A stretch of 64,000 bases of DNA from Chiloscyllium plagiosum (lineage: Eukaryota). Under the pieces are notes generated by a model. It worked only from the letters and a program-made list of their open reading frames with translations, had not been told where the DNA came from and made no database searches. The stretch is from NCBI RefSeq assembly GCF_004010195.1, contig NC_057719.1:45302423-45366422 (forward strand). Reading direction: 5' to 3'. The position numbers were made by a program, and so were the translations under genes. Of this stretch, positions 51,591-63,135 are shown piece after piece. Within the stretch, counting starts at the first letter, position 1, and the number at the start of each line of letters is the position of its first letter.

Positions 51591-51904
51591 CAGAACTGCC
51601 ACCCACTTTCATCTTACTCAATCCCTCATTTTCTCCCAGACCAGAAGTAAACAGCCCATAACAGGGAGAAAGATTTGGATGGGCAGAGGGGTTCCTGTCA
51701 TCAGGCTCTTTATCTATTACAGGAAGAGAATCCCGGCACTTGTAGAAGAAAGTAGGGACTGTTCCTATGGGAATGCCAAGACATTAATGTCTTGCCAACT
51801 GAGTAAGTACCACTCTTCATTCCCCTGCAACTTGCACATTAACTCTGTTGTCAGTGTCATTTATTGCCTAACACTTCCAATCACTGGCTGTAAGGTTTTC
51901 TCTC

Positions 51905-52137
51905 CCCTGTGTGGAGTTTGCACGTTCTCCCCGTGTCTGCGAGGGTTTCCTCTGGGTGCTCCGGTTTCCTCCCACAGTCCAAATATGTGCAGGTCAGGTG
52001 AATTGGCCGTGCTAAATTGCCCGTAGTGTTAGGTAAGGGGTAAATGTTGGGGTATGGGTGGGTTGCGCTTCAGCGGGTCAGTGTGGACTTGTTGGGCCGA
52101 AGGGCCTGTTTCCACACTGTAATGTAATCTAATCTAA
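51905..52137 (+). mobile_element. HE1-like V-SINE (5'-truncated)
   Basis: V-domain and tail ...GAAGGGCCTGTTTCCACACTGTAATGTAATCTAATCT. Confidence 0.88.
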
Positions 52138-54867
52138 AAGTGTTTGCAGGTGCCCATGGGGTTGGCACAGCCACTATAGAAAAACAGGCAGCTTCAATAG
52201 AAAGCACCTTCTAGACCTCTGAGTGATGAGAGTCCTGAGGCCTCTGAGGAAGCAGCAGCAAGGCTACTCCTGCATCGTCTGCCAGCTCAGATACCGCTGC
52301 TGCCAAACCACCAACAACACCCCCTACCCCCACCCCACATAGGAACATCAGGTTTAGCAAGTTTCGGAGCACAATCTGGTGAGTACCTCACTGTGCCAGC
52401 TCTGCAGCTGGATAAGGAAGGAACAGCTTAGGACCCTGGCACTTGGAGGACTGTCAGAAACCAAGACCTGCTCAGGCCCAGGCTGGAGAGGGCCCTGTAG
52501 GGTCAACAACCAGGAACTTCGTCCACATGCACAGGGAGGGAGTTGGGAGCTAATGGGTCTCATATACCAGAGGATGCAGGAGCATAGCTACATGATGGGA
52601 ACCTGCTGTAACAAGCATGTGATCATCTGTCTGCCCCATGGACAGATTGGCAGTTGCCTTGGAGAATCAGGTCCAGCACACTGAGGTCTGCTGGATATAT
52701 ACACAGATCTGTGCTCCATTGCCCTGGCCATTGGTCGTCATGACTGAAGATATGGGAACAGGGGCATGGGGGACTGTGATCTCAGTAGGCGACAGGAGGA
52801 CCCCACCTGGGAGAGGAACCACAAACAGGTCTCCACTCAGAGCATTCCAGAATGCAGCTCAGACCTTCACCTTCACTTTGCCTGCTCCTCTCTGACCTTG
52901 GAGGTTGTAGCCAAGGAGCTTCACATATCACTGGCAAGGAGACCAGCAGTATCTCTGGGCCATCCAGCAACAAACACCCCCAGGGCCACCTACTAACTTC
53001 CATGACAGAGGGTCTCCCCTGGTGAGTGGGGTCCTTCCAGCCTGCCACAAGACCTGCGCCTACACTGAGTAGTGGGAGGGCAAGAGAAAAAAAGAATCCT
53101 TCTAAGGACACTCATGAACAACAGCACAACTATACAGAATCTCACAATTGTTTAAATGGTAATTTTTCAAAATATCTGAATGTTTGAGTCTCTTTCTAGC
53201 CCCGTGCCATGTAACTGTGCTAGCATGATAGCTAGCTTTCATTTTCATACAGGATATACCATGGAACAATGTCTGGGATGAGAACCTATTCCAGCTTGTG
53301 GAAGTAAGATGAAAACATGTATACAGAATAATGGGTTCTGTTGGCATCATGGATTAGAATCACCAGAGAATAGGCACCCCGATGTCTTTGTTCTGTACAG
53401 TGCAAGGGTCTGAAAGCAAAGCTCTAATGGTCGTCACATCAGTGGATCTTGTAGCTCCCATCCTAACAGGTCAAGACCCTTGCCCCACCCTTCCCAGGTG
53501 ATCGTGGCCATTTTCTTTTCCATTGCACAGTATTATATCTATCACAAAGCAGTAGTTTTGCTTTCCAGCACAAATCTGTAATAGTAATGGTTTTTAGCCT
53601 CTTCCTCTCCTTGACAGTAAGCCCCTGAACATCTCCTTTTCCTGAAAGCCCTTCCTGTGAACCCCATAGGCTTCACACTTCACAGGGTTCTTGTTCAGTC
53701 TGACTACAAGAGCCTTCACCGGTCCATTGTTCTCCCTTCTCAAAACCCTGGCAATAAGGTGACCGTGCCAGGTATGGTTTTACTCTGTCTCCCCTTTGAA
53801 GTCTGGATGCTCCTGTCTGACGATGAAATGTCACTCCCACATTATCCTGCTTCCAGTCAGCTTTTCCATATCTCCCCACCCCCTATATAGATACAGCTGC
53901 ACCTCTTCACAATTGTCATTCCCCTTCCCCCAGCCTGCAGCCCCAATCCCCATCATCAGGTTTTTCAGTCTCCTTCCCTTTTCACCCTAACCTCCTTTCC
54001 CTTCAGTTTCTCAGGACAGATACAGCAGACTGATTGTGGATCATTCTTGTGAGTGACCTAACCAGGTAGCCCTGGGTGGGAAGTGCCTAGGTCCCTGACT
54101 GATACATCTCCCTGATTGCATTAACCTGGACTGGTAACAATGGAGCCATAACACTGATCGTGACCCACTCCCTGCACTGCAGAGACACATCCTCGCTACC
54201 CCCCATCCCACATTCCTCACTCGCCAACATCATCCTGAGCAAATGCCTGATTGTGCCAATCCCCTGGACTGGTATTGGACATTGCCCTTGACTCACTGTG
54301 CTGGCACCCCCTGTCTCCCAGGTGCCTAAATGAGTGAGGATTATTCCCTCCTAAGACATTGATATATGGCTACCTATTTGCTGCACATGTAGTGTGTTTG
54401 CTGCAAATCCTGTTGGCCCATGAAGCAAGTGTGAGGTTTTCGGAGCACACTGCTGTACAGCAAGATGTCACTGCTGTACAGCTGAGCAGCAAGGCAATCT
54501 GCCTGGTTGTGTGACTGCACTAATTGGTATGGCAAGGCAAAGCAGAAATGATGTGAGCTTCCAGGTAAGCGAGTGAGAACTAAAAGCATAAGTGAGCAGT
54601 CCCAAGATGCACTCTGCTCCAATTCACAAGCTGAGTTCCTGTGCTTGTGCACAAACTGTCCTTACAGCAGCATTACAATGCTCATTGTAGTGCACACTGA
54701 AATGTAGCTCTCAACTTCCTATACATCCTGGAGGCTCTTCACAGCCAGTGGCAAATCGAAGTTGCCAGATACTGGCTTTAACTACCATCTCAAAAATTCC
54801 TAGTGTCTAGTTTGCTCTCGGTGGGTATAATTAGATCATCAATCTTAGGTGATCTTGTTCACTCAAC

Positions 54868-55222
54868 TCATAGAATCCCTTAGAATCATAGAATCCCTAA
54901 GGTGTGGAAGCAGGCCATTTAGCGCATCGAGTCCACATCAATCCTCTAAAGAGTATCTCACTCAGACTCATCCCCTACCCTGTTCCTCTAACCCTGCATT
55001 TCCCATGGCTAACCCACTTAGCATGCACACCCCTGGACACTATGGACAATTTAGCATGGACAATCCACCTAACCTGCACATCTTTGGACAGTGAGAAGAA
55101 ACCAGAGCACCCCCAGAGAAAACCAACGCAGACACGGGGAGAATGTGCAAACTCTACAGTCAGCTGAGGGCGGAATCGAACCTAGGACCCTGCTGGTGTG
55201 AGGCAGCAGTACTAACCACTGA
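54868..55222 (-). mobile_element. HE1-like SINE
   Basis: Reverse V-domain and tRNA head. Confidence 0.82.
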
Positions 55223-55224
55223 TT

Positions 55225-55570
55225 TGAAACACTCAAGATGCTGAGCAGGCTTGACAGGGAAGATGTTGAGAGGAAATGTTCACGAATGGGGGAGCCGCGA
55301 ACTAAAGGACATAATTACAGAATAAGGGAACACTCACTTAAAAAAAACAGATACAAAAGAATTTCTTTTGCATAGAGTGTTGAGGATGCTTGATCACTGG
55401 AAGTATTTTAAAAGAAGGAAGATTGATCTTTGAAATATCAGGGATTGATGGCTACGTTGAGCTGTCGCTAAAGAGGAATTAAGGCCTTCAGCAGATGAAT
55501 CAACATGACCTTGTTGAATTTCAGGCGATTGGAGGGGCCAAACCACCTACTTCTGTTCCTATTTTTTGTT
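55225..55570 (+). mobile_element. Old CR1 3' end
   Basis: Degenerate CR1 C-terminus and tail (CCTACTTCTGTTCCTAT). Confidence 0.55.
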
Positions 55571-57459
55571 CATAGATGTAGTCAGTTGCTTCTGATGATG
55601 ACAAACCTTGTTAGGCTCCTTGCGTGACTCTGCCAAATTTCTCACCATAGTCTATGTTGCTGAAGACCCTTTAAGGTTCTTCTGAAGCTGTCTGGAGGCT
55701 TGAAGGATTTAGAGATAGCCCTGCAATATAAATGTGGCAATAAAGTGTTCTCAGAGAAACTGTTGGATCATGCATGCACAATTAATGTTTTAAATTCTAT
55801 TTGTGCATTGAATTTTAAATGCACAAACCTGTACCTCTGTACTTGAAGCTCTGATACAGAAATCCAAAAGTTGACAATTGCAAATTCAAAAATAGTTTGC
55901 ATTCTGTTTGCAATTTATCTATTAAAAATATAAGAAAGGTATTTTGAGAGAGAAAATAAATTGGAGCTGGAAATCTCTATAGGAGATTGCAATATAAATA
56001 AAAATGACATATCTTAACAAAATGGAAATAAAAAGTTCAAGTAGACTATGGCAACTGCACGTGGAAGATTGTTCTACAAGAAACTTTTTCTCAGGGCAGT
56101 CATTTCACAGTACTAACTTTGATAAGAAATCATGGCAGTTAAAATAATCAGTTGCCATTCTTTACAGCCAAAAGGTACATACTGAGAATATAGTAAACAT
56201 TCTGAAGTTTAGGTGAGCAAATTTTTTTTTTGGAGGCTATTTTATAGTAGTTTATAAAGTAAAGTTGTAATTTCTGTGAAGCATTTGGACTTTGGCATTA
56301 CAATAGTTCTTGGCATTGGTTTGTCATATATCCATATTTCACAGATTGTTCACCGATCTGAGATGTTAAGATGTCTGTGTTGAGATGTTAACCAATTCTA
56401 GTTTCTCCCAAATGAATTGCACCTGGTATTGTTTAGCCTTGTAATTTATGAGATCTTTTGCAGCTGCAAGCTGTGAGCAAACTGTTCCCATGTAAGTTAC
56501 TGGAATTTGTAATATGTTGATGAAAGTGTTTGGTGGTAGTACAGAACTCCACATCTTCCAATATGATTCATATAAAGCTGTCCACAAAAGCATTAAACCA
56601 CTTAATGTCAAGTTCTGCCGTTGTGATATTTCAGTTAAGCAATCAACATGTATATCAAATTTGTAAACCATGCACAAAATATTATCCATATATTTATGCA
56701 TATCTCTGGCCATGTCCCATCTGTTCTGTGTAATTCTGAAAGAACTCCCACAACTTTGACAGACTGTACCATTATTTATTGTGTTACTCAGTGATTTTTA
56801 CACTTTGGATGACACTGGCGGAGAGATTGGATAAGGCTGGAAATTGGGCCTAGGGACTGTGAGTGTTTAATGAGTGTCTGATGGTTGTGCCATGCTTTCT
56901 GCTAATTGAAATGATAGTGATCTGTAGCCCAGTATTAAACATGCTGCAGAATGATTGAATGCCTTAGCAGGAGGCCCAAGCTCTTGGAAGGCTAACACTA
57001 CTTTATGTTAGCCAGCACTACTTAACGCCAGTTTGTACTTCTTAAAGAGGAAGCACATTTTGGCTGCACACACTGCTGGGACTAGTTACTAAGCCAACTT
57101 CTGAAATACCTCCACAAACTCCTATCACCCTTTGTTTATATGTGCAAAGTCCTTGACACTGATGGTAGCTCCTTCAGAACCAGCTCTCAGTGTGTCAGAA
57201 GATGTGACACTCCTCTTTTCTCCCCCCACATGTCCACTGCATAGCAGTAGTGCTTTTTATCTGTCAGCCTGGACTCCCTGATTGGACAGGGAACTCATAT
57301 TCTATAAGATACACCTCACTGACCTTGTGAGAATCACTATTCCCTTTGAGTTCCCTTTTTATTGAAGCATCTCCTTGGGTGTTTCAGAACCGGGTCAGGT
57401 GCCTCCAACTCTGCATCAGATACAGATGGCTTATAACGCACAGGAGCTCGCCTCCTTGG

Positions 57460-58165
57460 AGTGCAGGCTCATAGCTCCTTGAAAGTGGAGTCGCAGGTAG
57501 ATAGGATTGTGAAGAAGGTGTTTGGTATGCTTTCTTTTATTGGTCAGAGTATTGAATACAGGAGTTGGGAGGTCATATTGCGGCTGTACAGGACATTGGT
57601 TAGGCCACTGTTGGAATATTGCATGCAATTCTGGTCTCCTTCCTATCGGAAAGGTGTTGTGAAACTGGAAAGGGTTCAGAAAAGATTTACAAGGCTGTTG
57701 CCAGGATTGGAGGATTTGAGCTACACAGGGAGAGGCTGAACAGGCTGGTGCTGTTTTCCCTGAGCTTTAGAGGCTGAGGGGTGACCTTATAGAGGTTTAC
57801 AAAATTATGAGGTGCATGGATAGGGTAAATAGGCAAAGTCTTTTCCCTGGGGTCGGGGAGTCCAGAACTAGAGGGCATAGGTTTAGAGTGAGAGGGGAAA
57901 GATATAAAAGAGACCTCAGGGGCAACTTTTTCACATAGAGGGTGTTACGGGTATGGAATGAACTGCCAAAGGATGTGGTGGTGGCTGGTACAATTGCAAC
58001 ATTTAAGAGGCATTTGGATGGGTGTATGAATAGAAAGGGTTTGGAGGGATATGGGCCGGGTGCTAGCAGGGGGGACTAGATTGGATTGGGATATCTGGTT
58101 GGCAGGGACAGGTTGGACCGAAGGGTCTGTTTCCGAGCTGTACATCTCTATGACTCTATGACTCT
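57460..58165 (+). mobile_element. CR1 (HER1-like) 3' end inserted in the Gypsy element
   Basis: LYRTLVRPLLEYCMQFWSPSYRK; (CTCTATGA)n tail. Confidence 0.92.
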
Positions 58166-59100
58166 TTCATCCGGAGCATCTCAGGACAAATTCACTCTCT
58201 TTCTCTGGCGGCAAAGGTGATGATGCAACAAGATCCGCCATGTCCATTTCAGTTTCCGAGGTTCCAACAGTCTTTCCAACCATTCCAAGGAGCAGGGCAC
58301 CTTTTGCTCCCACATCGTTTGCAAGTTTGCAACTTTCATATGGTCCATGTGCTTGTTCAGGATTGTTGCTCCAACCCAAACTTTAATACGTCACTGGTCC
58401 TGACCTTGCACCAACCAAGCCTTTTACCCATGTAGGGCCATTCCCTGGTTCCTACACCAAACCTTGTCCCTTGAAGTAAACTGTGTCTCTCACTTAGTGG
58501 AATCTTATGTCTAGCATTGCTGTTCTTGATGCTATTTCACCCTTCCCCCAGGCCCTGGAAGATCAGATTTCACCTGGTGTGGAATCTTCTCCCCATTAGC
58601 AACTCTGCTGGAGAATGAGGGGTGACCTGCTAATCAAACAGTGAAATAACTGCACAAGGGCCAGTATTCCGTCACTAAGTCACCCTTTAGTTATGTATCT
58701 ACAGCTAGCTCAGAGCCAGTCCCTCGAATGAGGAGACTCTGTGGATCTCCTGTTTATTTTTTCTTTAATCTCCTTTTTTTTTGTCTGACAATCTTTTTTA
58801 AATTTTATTAAACAATACACAGTTTACAAAACAAAAAGTTAACATTAACAGTTGTATACAGAGAAACAGTAATTTACAAGGGAGTGGAGCAGCAAAGCCA
58901 GGCCCCAAACCCTATCGTTCAACCAGTTTACAGGGAAATGAGGACAAACCTCAAATCCCAATTTCAGTCACAAAACAGTAACAATGACATGTACATAAGA
59001 CAGTCCAATTACAGAAAAAAACAGTGGATAAAACACAGACCCCTCCCCCCCCAAACAACCCAGCAAGCCCCCAGTCCCTCCCAACTTCCATCAACATTTG

Positions 59101-59267
59101 GGGGCAGCACGGTGGCACAGTGGTTAGCACTGCTGCCTCACAGCGCCAGAGACCCGGGTTCAATTTCCGACTCAGGCGGCTGACTGTGTGGAGTTTGCAC
59201 ATTCTCCCCGTGTCTGCGTGGGTTTCCTCCGGGTGCTCCGGTTTCCTCCCACAGTCCAAAGATGTGC
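59101..59267 (+). mobile_element. HE1-like V-SINE (young, runs into the gap)
   Basis: A box TGGCACAGTGG, B box GGTTCAATTTCC, V-domain. Confidence 0.9.
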
Positions 59268-60228
59268 NNNNNNNNNNNNNNNNNNNNNNNNNNNNNNNNN
59301 NNNNNNNNNNNNNNNNNNNNNNNNNNNNNNNNNNNNNNNNNNNNNNNNNNNNNNNNNNNNNNNNNNNNNNNNNNNNNNNNNNNNNNNNNNNNNNNNNNNN
59401 NNNNNNNNNNNNNNNNNNNNNNNNNNNNNNNNNNNNNNNNNNNNNNNNNNNNNNNNNNNNNNNNNNNNNNNNNNNNNNNNNNNNNNNNNNNNNNNNNNNN
59501 NNNNNNNNNNNNNNNNNNNNNNNNNNNNNNNNNNNNNNNNNNNNNNNNNNNNNNNNNNNNNNNNNNNNNNNNNNNNNNNNNNNNNNNNNNNNNNNNNNNN
59601 NNNNNNNNNNNNNNNNNNNNNNNNNNNNNNNNNNNNNNNNNNNNNNNNNNNNNNNNNNNNNNNNNNNNNNNNNNNNNNNNNNNNNNNNNNNNNNNNNNNN
59701 NNNNNNNNNNNNNNNNNNNNNNNNNNNNNNNNNNNNNNNNNNNNNNNNNNNNNNNNNNNNNNNNNNNNNNNNNNNNNNNNNNNNNNNNNNNNNNNNNNNN
59801 NNNNNNNNNNNNNNNNNNNNNNNNNNNNNNNNNNNNNNNNNNNNNNNNNNNNNNNNNNNNNNNNNNNNNNNNNNNNNNNNNNNNNNNNNNNNNNNNNNNN
59901 NNNNNNNNNNNNNNNNNNNNNNNNNNNNNNNNNNNNNNNNNNNNNNNNNNNNNNNNNNNNNNNNNNNNNNNNNNNNNNNNNNNNNNNNNNNNNNNNNNNN
60001 NNNNNNNNNNNNNNNNNNNNNNNNNNNNNNNNNNNNNNNNNNNNNNNNNNNNNNNNNNNNNNNNNNNNNNNNNNNNNNNNNNNNNNNNNNNNNNNNNNNN
60101 NNNNNNNNNNNNNNNNNNNNNNNNNNNNNNNNNNNNNNNNNNNNNNNNNNNNNNNNNNNNNNNNNNNNNNNNNNNNNNNNNNNNNNNNNNNNNNNNNNNN
60201 NNNNNNNNNNNNNNNNNNNNNNNNNNNN
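59268..60228. other. Assembly gap (961 N)
   Basis: Run of N. Confidence 1.
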
Positions 60229-60244
60229 GCATATCTCTCCACGC

Positions 60245-60290
60245 TTCATTCCTGATGAAGGGCTTTTGCCCGAAACGTCGATTTTGCCTG
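60245..60290 (+). ncRNA. Minimal type I hammerhead ribozyme motif in a PLE terminal repeat
   Basis: CTGATGA(60252-60258)-A-GGGC-TTTT-GCCC-GAAA-C-GTC: intact core, perfect 4-bp stem II, ACGT palindrome in place of stem III, GUC triplet. Confidence 0.7.
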
Positions 60291-61449
60291 TCCTCGGATG
60301 CTGCCTGAATTACTTTGCTCTTCCAGCACCACTGATCCATATATTGCAAAAGATGAATGCAGCTTTTCTATTGTCATCCTTCGTTTGACAAATGAAGTCT
60401 ACACATGTCCAGCTGTCCAGGGGGGCTACAATGACTGAGAACATTAAGTCCATGAAAAGATCTGCATAGTTGACGTGCAACTGAGTCCAGCATTTACCCA
60501 GCCATTTCTATGGATGTGGGGGAGTTGCTGGCAGTAATTCTTGTCCTTGTTGGCACTCCGGGCACTTCCCCATGCTGAGCTGCATTCAAGCCTGGCTACC
60601 AGACATAACTTCTCACCAACATCTTCATTTTGGAAACCTCTGGATGACACTGGTGGAATTCAGCCAGTATCTGGCAGCAACCTTTGCTCAGGACAATCAC
60701 TCTTTCTCCCCATAATAATAAATCATCCTCTACTGTGATCTCTCCATGTCCAAAAAGGTTTCAACTCTGGTTGTGACGGCCCTTTGGTTTCCTCCTTCAC
60801 CACCAGCTGTTTCAGTTTTTTCAGGACCGGATCTTTTTAGACTCAAAGTCTGATATTGTCAGCTGTAACAGGAAGTCTGTCCAGAAAATATAAAATCATT
60901 ATTGACTCTTCCAGTACCAGTACCACTGGTGATGTTTCTGCCAGTGGGAGGCAGCTCAATGCATCGGCATTTGCTATTTGGCCTTCCAGATGGTGTTCTT
61001 GCTTGTAGTTATATGCACTTGGTATTGGAGCCAACAACTGAATTTGGCCGGAAGCAATGAGTGGCACTGCCTCAGACCTAGTAGGGGTTTGTGCTCCATT
61101 ACTATTTATAGATTTACCTCCATAAAGGTATTGGTGGAAGTTCCTGATTCCAAATATGACCACCAAACCTTCTTGCTCTAGCTGGATGTATTTACATTCT
61201 GCATTAGCCAAAGCCTTGGATGATTACACTACTGGGCATTCCTCTCCATTTGGCCATCTATGAGATAATACTACTCCAATTCTGCACAGGAAGATATCGC
61301 ATGTCAATACCAGATCTCGTTTGGGATCATATTGCGCCAACACTTTACAGGATGATGTTTCTTCACTTCCCTGAAAGCTATGGCTTAGCTTTTTTAGCTG
61401 ACCCTTTTTAGGAATTGATGCAGAGGTGCCAAGATGGAAGCCAAGTTAT

Positions 61450-61800
61450 CATAGAATCCCTATAGTGTGGACATTCAGCCCAACAGGTCCACAGCAACTC
61501 TCCAAAGAACATCCTACCCAGACTCACCATTCTACCTTATCCCCATAACCCTGTGTTTCCCATGGGTAATCCAGCTAACCTGCACAACCCTGCACACTAC
61601 AGGCAATTTAGCATGACAAATTCACCTAATCTGCACATCTTTGGACTGTGGGGAGAAACTGGACCACCTGGAGGAAACCCATGCAGACATCGGGAGAATG
61701 TGCAAATTTCACATAGACAGTCACCTGAGGGCGGAATTGAACCTGGGTCCCTGACACTGTGAGGCAGCAGTGCTAATCACTGACCCCACCATGCCACCCC
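61450..61800 (-). mobile_element. HE1-like SINE, full length, inserted in Gypsy pol
   Basis: Reverse tRNA head, V-domain and tail. Confidence 0.85.
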
Positions 61801-62124
61801 TGGTTATGTATGAGCTTTCTGTAATAATTTGCCAGGCTAAGGAAAGACCTAAACTGTGGTACCGGGGCACCTTTGATTGTCCTCACTTTATCTTCCAATG
61901 GAATTTAATTGGATCTTGTCAACTCTGTAGCCCAAGTACGTCACTTGGCCTGCCAGGAACATGCATTTTTCCCATCTTACATGAATGCCACTTGCAAGAA
62001 ACATCTAAGGACCATGTCCAAATTCTCTTATTGGTCTTCCCTGTTATTATCATGTTATCTAGTTAAATGGCAACCTGGGGTAGGCATTGCACCATCCACT
62101 GCAAAATTGCAGTCTGACAATATT

Positions 62125-62313
62125 CCAGATGTGGAAGTGCCAGTGTTGGACTGGGGTGGACAAAGTTAAAAATCACATAACACCAGGTTATAGTCCAACA
62201 AATTTATTTGGAAGTATAGCCTTTGGAGCTACCTGGTGAAAGAGCAGCACTCCAAAAGCTAGTGCTTCTAAATAAATCTGTTAGACTATAACCTGGTGTT
62301 GTGTGAATTTTAA
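62125..62313. mobile_element. Palindromic element of a second PLE-type family
   Basis: Arms 62167-62229 and 62250-62313 are reverse complements; centre has a decayed hammerhead-like core CTGGTGA-A-AGAGCAGCACTC-CAAAAGCTA. Confidence 0.65.
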
Positions 62314-62654
62314 TGATATCCCCAGGTAGCAGTTTTCTATAGTAGTACAAACCCTTATGGGTATTAATTGTAGCATACTTCTGGGATTCCTCATCTACCA
62401 CAACTGCAAATATGCATGGCTCATGTCTAGCTGTATGAAGCATATTTGCCCTGTCAGCTTTGCATATAAATCCTCTGTGCAAGCGGTTAGGTATTTATCC
62501 AGCTGTGAAAAATGGTTTACTATTTGTTTAAAATACCCACAAAGGCAAACTGACCCGTCAGGCTTCAAAATTGCTTTAATTGGTGCTGCCTATTCTGCAG
62601 ACTGGGCTGGTTTGATGATTCCTTCAATTTCCAGCCTTCTGATTTCTAGACTCT

Positions 62655-63135
62655 CTAGAGTCATAGAGATGTACAGCACGCAAACAGAACCTTCAGTCCA
62701 ACTCATCGATGTCGACCAGATATCTAAATTAGTCTAGTCCCATTTGCCAGCATTTGGCCCATATCCCTCTAAACCCTTCCTATTTATGCACTCATCCAGA
62801 TGCCTTTTAAATATTGTAATTGTACCAGCCTCCACCACTTCCTCTGGCAGCCTGAAAAAGTTGCCCCTTAGGTCCCTTTTAAATCTTTCTCCTCTCACCC
62901 TAAATCTATGCCCTCTAGTTCTGGATTCACCCAACCCAACAAAAAGACCTTGTCTATTTATCCTATCCATGCCCCTCATGGTTTTATAAACCTCTATAAG
63001 GTCACCCCTCAGCCTCCGACGCTCCAGGGAAAATAGCCCCAGCCTGTTCAGCCTCTCCCTATAACTCAAACCCTCAAACCTTGGCAACATCTTTGTAAGT
63101 CTTTTCTGAACCCTTTCAAGTTTCACAACATCCCT
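62655..63135 (-). mobile_element. CR1 (HER1-like) 3' end inserted in Gypsy pol
   Basis: KLERVQKR..LSYRERLNRLGLFSLERRRLRGDLIEVYK. Confidence 0.92.

Noticed and set aside
51583..52026. 147-aa ORF and similar short ORFs ending in SINE sequence
   Set aside because: Chance frames through repeat sequence with no splice or domain support
59101..59175. tRNA-like sequence with A and B boxes (also at about 3510-3577 and 61730-61800)
   Set aside because: Heads of tRNA-derived SINEs followed by the V-domain, not tRNA genes
58951..60388. Six long ORFs of 348-454 aa
   Set aside because: Artefacts of the N gap
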